Shown piece after piece: positions 15,574 to 22,806 of a stretch of 32,000 bases of DNA. Under the pieces are notes generated by a model, which saw nothing but the letters and a program-made list of their open reading frames with translations, made no database searches and was not told the origin of the DNA. The stretch covers positions 1 to 32,000 of the forward strand of contig JANYGI010000126.1 of NCBI GenBank assembly GCA_025362495.1, written 5' to 3'. How positions within the stretch are numbered: position 1 is the first letter of the stretch; every line of letters begins with the position of its first letter. Position numbers and translations under genes: made by a program. The stretch is from Byssovorax sp. Lineage in GTDB: Bacteria; Myxococcota_A; Polyangia; Polyangiales; Polyangiaceae.

Positions 15574-15671
15574 TGATTGCCAACGTTATGTCGATTAGCT
15601 AGTAAGCGCAATAGTGTCTTTAAGTGTCGATTCGGGGTCGCAGTCTGGACGGGCCCGCTGTTCCGTTGAAC

Positions 15672-15820
15672 TCGGGCGGCGCCTACCGCGAGCAGCTCGC
15701 GACGCGCGACGACGCCTCGCGAGCTGCGCCACGCTCGCTGCAAGCGACGCGCCGCCGAGCTACGACAAGCTCGCCGCGAGCGACGACGCGGCCCCGAGCT
15801 GCGCCTCGGTTCACTCTATG
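15672..15820 (-). repeat. array E of the dispersed GC-rich repeat (inverted orientation)
   Basis: For example GACGACGCGGCCCCGAGCTGCGCCTCGG and CGCGAGCAGCTCGCGACGCGCGACGACG. It has the same orientation as array D and lies immediately right of the cassette patch. Confidence 0.75.
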
Positions 15821-17495
15821 CGCGCCGCTTGCCGCGCACGGGGATCGGCGTCGCTTCCTGGATCTCCACGCGGATCGGCGCCGCGTTGAGAAGTAGTGAC
15901 GCAACGGCGTCGCTCGTCTCTCCCGCCTCGCTTGGGGCTTCCTCCTCGCTCCCCTCATTCAGCGAAGGGAGCGCCCCACGCTCGAACGCAGCCGCGAGCG
16001 CGGACACGTCGCGCCAAACGATGCGCGGCCCGTCCTCCGGCGCGATCGTGATCCCCTCCACGAGCGCGATCACCGCCTCGCGGCGCTTCGGGACACTGAG
16101 CCCTTCCCACGCCCCGGCCACCAGGGTGACGAACGCGAGCGCCCCGCGCCGGCTCGCTACGGTGTCGCCCGTCGCGTCCGCAGATTGCTCCGCTTCGGTC
16201 GCGTCAAGATCGGACAGCTCCCGATCCAGCTTTTCGACTTCCTTCCCCACGTCGTCCACGCTCATCAGCCCACGAGAAACCAGGGAAACGACCCGCTCGC
16301 GAGCTTCCTTGATCTTCGCCCGCTTGTCCCCGTGGTCTGGAGCGATCCGCCGCGGAGAGGGCGGCGGACGCATCAGGGAGGCTCCTAGAGACTTGAGGTG
16401 TTTAAGCGTCGCTCGTTCCACGATCTTGTCGGTTTCCGCCTGGCGCAGATAAGGCGCCTCGGAGCATCGGATCTTGTCTTCACCAGGGGTGAGGCGCTTG
16501 CGGCAGACGTAATATCCCGCGTGCTTGAGGCGAGAGGTTTTCGACGTCGCCGTAGCGCAACAGGTGGTTCCGCAGATCGAGCAGCGGGCGAGCCCACGAA
16601 TCAACCAACCTTGCGTGCTCGAGCCCATGTGAACGTTCGCGCCATGATTGCGCCGACTGACAAGCGCCCTTTGCGCAAGGGACCATTGATCGAAGGTCAC
16701 GATCGGCTCGTGCGCGTCGACCCATTGCGCCGGAAGTTGCGCCGTTGTTCGCCGATTGCCCGGCCGTACAGGGGTGAGGGCCAGTTGCCCGGTGTAGATG
16801 CGATTTTTCAGCGCAATCAAGACCCACGATCGGCCGAACGCCGCGACGCCCTTGTAGCGCGATCGTAGATAAGCGCTGATCTCCAGAACGCTTTCCCCGT
16901 TGATGCAACGCTCGAACATGTCGCGCACGGCGGCAGCACGCACCGGATCGATCTCCAGGCGGCGCGGCTTGTCGGAGTTGTCTCGACCCTTCACGCGGAG
17001 GTACCCGAGCGGAGGAAGCCCCTCGACAAACTTCCCCTGCCCGCGGAGCCGCTTCCGATTGCCCTCGGTTCGCTCCTTGATCCGCGCGCGCTCCATCTGC
17101 GCGATCGACGCCCACATCGCCATCTGCGTCTCCCCCTCGGGGGTGCTCGCGTCGAAGCGTTCGGCGAGCGAGAGGAAGCGCGCGCCACGTCGAAGGATCT
17201 CGCGCACGGCGGAGAACGTGAAGACGATGTCGCGCGAGAAGCGATCCAGCTTCGAGACGATCACGAGGTCGCCCGGCCGCACCATCTTCAGCAGGCGCGC
17301 GATCTCGGTTCGCTTCTCCTGCGACTCGGCGCTCGCCGACTCGACCTCGATGAAGTCGATCGGAACAGGGAGCCGCGAGATCGCGGCGTAGCGTTGCAGC
17401 TCGTCGAGCTGACTGTCGAGCGACGTCCCCGCGCCGCCCTGCTCCGACGTCGAAACTCGTCGGTACCCGAGCACTCTTCGCGCTGTCTCTTGCAT
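15816..17495 (-). CDS. large serine recombinase (site-specific integrase)
   Basis: N-terminal resolvase catalytic domain (GYRRVSTSEQ, SKLDRFSRD), a recombinase domain, a Cys-rich zinc ribbon (CSICGTTC...YYVCRKR...IRC) and a coiled-coil C-terminus. 559 aa. Confidence 0.9.
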   Translation of the reverse strand: MQETARRVLGYRRVSTSEQGGAGTSLDSQLDELQRYAAISRLPVPIDFIEVESASAESQEKRTEIARLLKMVRPGDLVIVSKLDRFSRDIVFTFSAVREILRRGARFLSLAERFDASTPEGETQMAMWASIAQMERARIKERTEGNRKRLRGQGKFVEGLPPLGYLRVKGRDNSDKPRRLEIDPVRAAAVRDMFERCINGESVLEISAYLRSRYKGVAAFGRSWVLIALKNRIYTGQLALTPVRPGNRRTTAQLPAQWVDAHEPIVTFDQWSLAQRALVSRRNHGANVHMGSSTQGWLIRGLARCSICGTTCCATATSKTSRLKHAGYYVCRKRLTPGEDKIRCSEAPYLRQAETDKIVERATLKHLKSLGASLMRPPPSPRRIAPDHGDKRAKIKEARERVVSLVSRGLMSVDDVGKEVEKLDRELSDLDATEAEQSADATGDTVASRRGALAFVTLVAGAWEGLSVPKRREAVIALVEGITIAPEDGPRIVWRDVSALAAAFERGALPSLNEGSEEEAPSEAGETSDAVASLLLNAAPIRVEIQEATPIPVRGKRRA

Positions 17496-17590
17496 GGCTA
17501 CTCAATCCTAAAGAATGAATGATAACACGAGGAAATTCGAGGGGTTAGGCTCGCACCGATCTCTCCGTAAACCCACGTTTTTAATGAGAT

Positions 17591-18478
17591 TTACGCGCAC
17601 CGACCGGCGACCACGTATCTATCAAATAGCGCGCGCTTGTCGAAGCGATACCCGCGGAGGAAGATCTCGATCTTCGACAGCCACCGTCGAGGAGCCGAGA
17701 GGACGAACGGGTTCTCGCTCTGCTCCTTGATGGCCCGGATGTCGAAGCCGCGAATGGCACCGTCCGCGCCGACGCGCACGGTGAGGTTCAGCGTCGCCAG
17801 GTGCTCGTCGTAGCTCAGCAGATCGGCCATCGAGCGGTGAGGCTCCGTGGCGCGGACGGAGGCGCCGAAGGCCTGGAGCCGGGTGAGGCCCGACGTGGCG
17901 CCGGCGAACGAGGTGCTGGCCTGATCGAAGAGGTCTTTGACGAGCCCGAGCACGTCGAGCTGGCGCCTCGTCGCGTCGAATTTCTTTCCGACGGTCGCGC
18001 CCTCGAGCGCGCCGCGGAGCCGGCAAAGCGTGGTGTAGAACTTCTCGAACTGGCGCCGGAACAGCGGCACGCCCGCGAGCTCGGCGAGGATCCCCTGGCG
18101 AAACTCGGTGACGCGAGGGTCGATGGGAGGATGAGAGAGCACGCGGAGCAAGAACCCCCGATTCAGGACCGCTTCGTGGCCGCCGATCCGCACGCGAAAG
18201 CAGCGCGTGACGAGATCATCGAGGAAGAGATCCTGCGCGAAGCTCCGCGGATCCCAGGTCGATGGCGCGATCGGCGTCCGGGTGAGGGCCTGGGCGAACA
18301 GGCCCCCCGAGACCCCGCTGGCGAAGGCGAACGCGAGGCCCTGGACGAGCTCGTCGAGATCGGCGCGAGGCAGCGGCTCGGGGTGCAACAGATCGACGGG
18401 GAGCGCCGCCCCCGAGGGGGCATGCGCGTCAACGGCGGAACTTTCCTGGCTGCCTGCGGTCTTGCTCGGGTCCATCAT
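17591..18478 (-). CDS. MutS-family-like protein (core/lever region only), apparently 3'-truncated
   Basis: ATG at 18478. LLRVLSHPPIDPRVTEFRQGILAEL resembles the P-x-x-D-x3-I-x2-RQ-x2-I-x-EL start of MutS domain III. No Walker A/ATPase segment follows. The last ~12 codons (cta ttt gat aga tac ...) switch abruptly to AT-rich usage. Confidence 0.45.
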   Translation of the reverse strand: MMDPSKTAGSQESSAVDAHAPSGAALPVDLLHPEPLPRADLDELVQGLAFAFASGVSGGLFAQALTRTPIAPSTWDPRSFAQDLFLDDLVTRCFRVRIGGHEAVLNRGFLLRVLSHPPIDPRVTEFRQGILAELAGVPLFRRQFEKFYTTLCRLRGALEGATVGKKFDATRRQLDVLGLVKDLFDQASTSFAGATSGLTRLQAFGASVRATEPHRSMADLLSYDEHLATLNLTVRVGADGAIRGFDIRAIKEQSENPFVLSAPRRWLSKIEIFLRGYRFDKRALFDRYVVAGRCA

Positions 18479-18671
18479 CGTCACATAGCGCGGTAACCTC
18501 CGACGTGGCGAAGGTTCCCCGCGACCGCGTAATACCGTGTGAGTCGGAAAGTTGGCTCCAGGTTGACACGTCGGGGAGCGTGAGGGATCCAACAGGCACT
18601 GATCCGGTGCCCTCCAGATCGCCGACCGGCGCGGGTTGACCCCGCCGCGTGGACGTCGCACGACCCTGATC

Positions 18672-19478
18672 ATGGCCATCGAGCTGAAGACCCCCCGCGA
18701 TCTCGAGGCGATGCGCGTCGTCGGCAGGATGGCGGCCGAGACGCTCTCGCTCGTCGGCGAGCGCCTCCGCGCCGACATGACGACCGACGACATCGACGCC
18801 ATCGTCCGCGCCGACACGCTCGCTCGCGGCGCGACCTGCTCCACGCTCGGCTATCACGGGTTCACCCGGAGCTGCTGCACCTCGATCAACGAGGTCATCT
18901 GTCATGGCATCCCCGGGCCGCGCGTCGTCGCCACGGGGGACATCATCAACGTCGATATCACCTCGTTCTACGGGGGATTTCACGGCGATACCTCGGCCAC
19001 GTTCCTGGTCGGCCCGGTCTCGGCCGAGGCGCGCCACATCACCGAGGTCGCCCGGCATTGCCTCGCGCTCGGCATCGCCCAGGTGCGCGAGGACGCGCGC
19101 ATCGGCGATATCGGCGCTGCGATCCAGCAGTACGCCGAGGCCCAGGGCTGCAGCGTCGTTCGCGACATCGTCGGCCACGGCATCGGCCGCAAGTTCCACA
19201 CCGAGCCCGATGTCCCCCACGTCGGGCGAAAGGGGCACGGCGTCCGCCTCAAGGCAGGAATGGTGTTCACGATCGAGCCGATGGTGAACCTCGGAGGCCA
19301 CCAGTATCGCGAGCTCGACGACGGGTGGACGATCGTCACCAAGGATGGCTCTCTCTCCGCGCAGTTCGAGCACACCCTCGTCGTCACGAAGGAGGGGTGC
19401 GAGATCTTGACGCCGCGCTCGCGCCCCCTCGTGAACAGCGAGGTCTTCGGCGTTGACGTTGCGCTCGGCGCCGGCTGA
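18672..19478 (+). CDS. map: type I methionine aminopeptidase
   Basis: MAIELKTPRDLEAMR start. Metal ligand contexts INVDIT, FHGDTS, GHGIGR, FTIEP and QFEHT are all present in order. Confidence 0.92.
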   Translation: MAIELKTPRDLEAMRVVGRMAAETLSLVGERLRADMTTDDIDAIVRADTLARGATCSTLGYHGFTRSCCTSINEVICHGIPGPRVVATGDIINVDITSFYGGFHGDTSATFLVGPVSAEARHITEVARHCLALGIAQVREDARIGDIGAAIQQYAEAQGCSVVRDIVGHGIGRKFHTEPDVPHVGRKGHGVRLKAGMVFTIEPMVNLGGHQYRELDDGWTIVTKDGSLSAQFEHTLVVTKEGCEILTPRSRPLVNSEVFGVDVALGAG

Positions 19479-19527
19479 TCCTTTTCGCCGACGAATCAAG
19501 ATTCAATCAGCGCGGCCGAAGGGGTAG

Positions 19528-22500
19528 GTGAGGGAGGCTCCGAGATCCCTCGCCTTCATGTTGATTCCTTTCGCCGAGCTCCTCGGTCGATCGTGCTTCT
19601 CGTTCCTCGAAGGAGCGTCGCACCCGAACGAGATGGTCGAGAAAGCCCACGAGCTCGGGCTCGGCGCGATCGCGATCGCCGATCGCGATGGCCTCTACGG
19701 GAGCGTGCGCGCTCATTCGGCAGGCAAATCGCAGGGGCAGCACGTGATCACCGGCGCCGAGCTCACCCTCGAGGACGACGTCGGGCAGCTCGCGCACCCG
19801 GCGTCGGTGGTGCTGCTCGCGCGCGATCTCGCCGGCTACGGGAACCTCTGCGCCCTGCTCACGCGCGCGCACGCCACACATGAAAAAGGCACGGCGGGGC
19901 TCACCGTCGAGAGCGTCGCGGCCATGTCGACGGGGCTGACGGCGATCGTCCCGCTGGAGGCTCGACGCGATCCCGACGCGCCCCTCGACGCGGTGCTGGG
20001 CCCGCTCTCCGAGGCCTTTGGCGAGCGCCTCTTTGCCGCCACCTGGCGTCACCGCGACGGCCGCGACGTCCCGCGCACGGCGGCGGCCGTCGCCGCGGAG
20101 GAGCGGTATGGACTCGGCATCATCGCCACGAGCCGGCCGCTCTACCACGAGCCCGCGCGCAAGCCGCTCGCCGACGTCCTCCGCTGCATCAAGCTCAAAA
20201 CCACGCTCGATCAGGCCGGGACGCGGATCTCCGGCAACGCCGAGGCTCGCCTCCGCTCCGGCGCGGAGATGCTCGCGCTCTTCCGCGATCACCCCGCGTG
20301 GGTTCATGGCACCGTGGCGATCGCCGAGGAGCACCCCTTCACGCTCAAAGAGCTCAGGTATCATTTCCCGAGCGACTCGCTCTGTCAGCCGGGCGAGACG
20401 CCCGACGCCGCGCTCCGCCGCGTGGTCGAGATTGGCTGTCTCGACCGCTACCCCGAGGGCACCCCTCTGGCGGTGCGGGCCCAGATCGAGAAAGAGCTCG
20501 CGATCATCTCCCACATCGGCGTCGCCGCGTACTTCCTCAGCGTGCAGCAGATCGTGGAGATCGCCCGGCAGAAGCGCATCCTCTGCCAGGGGCGCGGCAG
20601 CGCCGCCAACAGCGCTGTCTGCTTTGTCCTCGGCGTCACCGCGGTCGATCCCGCCGTGAACAAGCTGCTCTTCGAGCGCTTCCTCTCGACCGAGCGCGCC
20701 GAGCCGCCCGACATCGACGTCGACTTCGAGCACGAGCGCCGGGAAGAGGTGATCCAGGCCATCTACAACCAGTATGGCCGCGATCGCGCGGCGATGGTCT
20801 CGGAGATCATCAGCTATCGTGGCAAGAGCGCCCTCCGCGAGGTCGGCAAGGCCTTCGGCCTCGCCATCGATCAGGTCGATCGCCTGAGCGGCCTCGTCAT
20901 TCACATGGATCCAGCCCACATGTCGGCCGAGCGGATCGCCGAGACTGGCCTCGATCCGAGCGATCCGCGGCTGATCCGCGTCCTCGAGGTGGCCGCGCAG
21001 CTCGACGGCTTTCCCCGCCACCTGTCCATTCACGTCGGAGGGTTCGTCCTCTCTTCGCAGCCCCTCACGCTGGTGGCGCCGATCGAGCCGGCGCGGATGG
21101 AGGGGCGCACGGTGATCCCCTGGGACAAGGACGATCTCGACGATCTCGGGTTCTTCAAGCTCGACGTCCTCGGCCTCGGCATGCTCACCGCCATTCGCAA
21201 GACGCAGGAGCTGATTCACACCGGGAGCGCCCCGTTCGATCCGATAGGCGCGCTCGCGGCGATCCCGAAGGAGGATCCGCTCATCTACGACGCGATCTGC
21301 CGGGCCGACACCGTCGGCGTGTTCCAGATCGAGAGTCGAGCGCAGATGTCGATGCTGCCCCGCCTGCGCCCGCGGGAGTTCTACGATCTGGTGATCGAGG
21401 TGGCGATCGTTCGCCCCGGCCCCATTCAAGGGGGCATGGTCCATCCCTACCTCCGCCGGCGCAATGGAGAGGAAGCCAGCGACCCTCCCCATGAATGCCT
21501 GAGAGAGATCCTTCATCGCACGCGCGGAGTCCCGCTCTTCCAGGAGCAGGTGATGCAGATTGCCATGGTCGGCGCCGGCTACACCGCGGGCGAGGCCGAT
21601 CAGCTCCGCCGCGACATGGGCGCCTGGAAGAAGAACGGGAGGCTCCAGCGCCACTATCCCATGCTGATGGCCGGCTTTCAGCGGCGCGGGATCTCCGAGG
21701 CGTTCGCCGAGCAGCTCTACAAGCAGATCCAGGGCTTCGGCGAGTACGGCTTCCCGGAGTCGCACGCGATGAGCTTCGCGCTCCTCGTGTACGTGTCGGT
21801 CTGGCTCAAGGTGCATCACCCCGCGGCCTTCGTCTGCTCGCTCCTCAACTCGCAGCCGATGGGCTTTTACAGCGCCTCGTCGCTGGTGCAAGACGCCCAG
21901 CGCCACGGGGTCGAGGTGCGCCCGGTCTCGATCACCCGCAGCGACTGGGATTGCACGCTGGAGCCTTTGCCGCGCGAGCCCGGCGACGACGGCGAGCTCG
22001 CGGCGCTCCGCCTCGGGATCCGGCAGATCCGCGGCGCGGGAGAGGCCATGGCCCGGGCCGTGATGAGCGCCCGGGCCGAAGCACCCTTTGCGTCGCTCGA
22101 CGATCTGATCCGCCGCGCTCACCTGAAGAAGAACGAGATCGAGGCTCTGGCCGAGTCGGGGGCGCTCGGGCCGCTGGTGCCGGAGCGCCGCGACGCGCTC
22201 TGGCGGGCCCGCGCGCCGCGCGAAGGAGGCCTGTTCGAGGGGATGTCGATCGAGCCCGACGAGGACGTGGGGTTACCGCCGATGCGCCCGCTCACGCAGC
22301 TCGCGCTCGACTACGGGCGCGTCGGCCTGTCCGTTCACGATCACCCGATGCGCCACGCCCGCGACTCGCTGCGGGCCCGGGGCGTGCGCGTCGCCGAGGA
22401 CCTGAAGAGGCTCCCCGACGGGGCGCTGATCGAGGTCGCCGGCCTGGTGATCGGCCGTCAACGACCGGGTACGGCGAGCGGCGTCACCTTCATCACCCTG

Positions 22501-22707
22501 GAAGACGAGACGGGCCTCGTGAACCTGGTGGTCATGAAATCGGTGTTCGCCGAGAGCTACGGGGTCGCGCGCCACGCCCGGATGATGATCGTCGCCGGCC
22601 GCCTGGAGCGCCAGGGGACGGTGATCCACGTGCTCGCGCGCAGGCTCTCGCGGCTGCGCCTGCTCGGTGGCGAAGAGCCGACCGTGCGCTCGCGCGATTT
22701 TCACTGA
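19528..22707 (+). CDS. dnaE2: error-prone DNA polymerase III alpha-like subunit DnaE2
   Basis: About 1050 aa. N-terminal PHP domain (FAELLGRSCFSFLEGASHPNEMVEKAHELGLGAIAIADRDGLYG), Pol III alpha core, and a C-terminal OB fold (VAGLVIGRQRPGTASGVTFITLEDETGLVNLVV). Length and termini fit DnaE2 rather than DnaE1. The start may be the ATG at 19558 instead of the GTG at 19528. Confidence 0.9.
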   Translation: MREAPRSLAFMLIPFAELLGRSCFSFLEGASHPNEMVEKAHELGLGAIAIADRDGLYGSVRAHSAGKSQGQHVITGAELTLEDDVGQLAHPASVVLLARDLAGYGNLCALLTRAHATHEKGTAGLTVESVAAMSTGLTAIVPLEARRDPDAPLDAVLGPLSEAFGERLFAATWRHRDGRDVPRTAAAVAAEERYGLGIIATSRPLYHEPARKPLADVLRCIKLKTTLDQAGTRISGNAEARLRSGAEMLALFRDHPAWVHGTVAIAEEHPFTLKELRYHFPSDSLCQPGETPDAALRRVVEIGCLDRYPEGTPLAVRAQIEKELAIISHIGVAAYFLSVQQIVEIARQKRILCQGRGSAANSAVCFVLGVTAVDPAVNKLLFERFLSTERAEPPDIDVDFEHERREEVIQAIYNQYGRDRAAMVSEIISYRGKSALREVGKAFGLAIDQVDRLSGLVIHMDPAHMSAERIAETGLDPSDPRLIRVLEVAAQLDGFPRHLSIHVGGFVLSSQPLTLVAPIEPARMEGRTVIPWDKDDLDDLGFFKLDVLGLGMLTAIRKTQELIHTGSAPFDPIGALAAIPKEDPLIYDAICRADTVGVFQIESRAQMSMLPRLRPREFYDLVIEVAIVRPGPIQGGMVHPYLRRRNGEEASDPPHECLREILHRTRGVPLFQEQVMQIAMVGAGYTAGEADQLRRDMGAWKKNGRLQRHYPMLMAGFQRRGISEAFAEQLYKQIQGFGEYGFPESHAMSFALLVYVSVWLKVHHPAAFVCSLLNSQPMGFYSASSLVQDAQRHGVEVRPVSITRSDWDCTLEPLPREPGDDGELAALRLGIRQIRGAGEAMARAVMSARAEAPFASLDDLIRRAHLKKNEIEALAESGALGPLVPERRDALWRARAPREGGLFEGMSIEPDEDVGLPPMRPLTQLALDYGRVGLSVHDHPMRHARDSLRARGVRVAEDLKRLPDGALIEVAGLVIGRQRPGTASGVTFITLEDETGLVNLVVMKSVFAESYGVARHARMMIVAGRLERQGTVIHVLARRLSRLRLLGGEEPTVRSRDFH

Positions 22708-22709
22708 GC

Positions 22710-22775
22710 GGTTTCTCGACGATTTGTCGACCGTTTCTCGACCATTTATCGACCATTTCTTGACGGGTTCTTCGC
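22710..22775 (+). repeat. six tandem 11-bp direct repeats (helically phased)
   Basis: GGTTTCTCGAC GATTTGTCGAC CGTTTCTCGAC CATTTATCGAC CATTTCTTGAC GGGTTCTTCGC. Period is exactly 11 bp. The array starts 3 nt after the dnaE2 stop and ends 31 nt before the fic ATG. Confidence 0.85.
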
Positions 22776-22787
22776 GTCCGGTAAGCT
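22760..22787 (+). promoter_or_regulatory. candidate sigma-70 promoter for fic
   Basis: TTGACG (22760-22765, inside repeat 5), a 16-nt spacer, then TAAGCT (22782-22787). The ATG at 22807 would leave a very short leader. Confidence 0.35.
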
Positions 22788-22806
22788 CTCAAGCGAGATT
22801 TCGCGC

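Larger units (their letters stand above)
12402..15600 (+). mobile_element. integron-type gene-cassette array without integrase (CALIN-like), 3 cassettes
   Basis: Two 88-nt attC-like sites and one upstream core-only site, all in + orientation. All ORFs are co-oriented. Core-to-core spacing is about 1.0 and 0.95 kb. The patch is visibly AT-richer than its flanks. No tyrosine recombinase gene is present in the window. Confidence 0.6.

Noticed and set aside
16480-17505. 341-aa ORF on the - strand, plus several + strand ORFs within 15829-17391
   Set aside because: These are alternative or antisense frames of the serine recombinase gene. They are Arg/Ala/Ser-rich with no motifs.
12150-17640. Direct repeats (attL/attR) for the serine recombinase between the AT-rich stretch at about 12155-12177 and the junction at about 17574-17630
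   Set aside because: Inspection by eye found only trivial A/T-run similarity and no convincing shared core, so the element boundaries remain undefined.
18429-19499. 356-aa ORF on the - strand
   Set aside because: It is antisense to map, which has all five metal-ligand motifs.
19507-22122. 871-aa ORF on the - strand
   Set aside because: It is antisense to dnaE2, whose PHP, Pol III alpha and OB motifs are unambiguous. The product is Arg/Ala/Gly/Glu-rich with no motifs. This is a typical high-GC antisense artefact.
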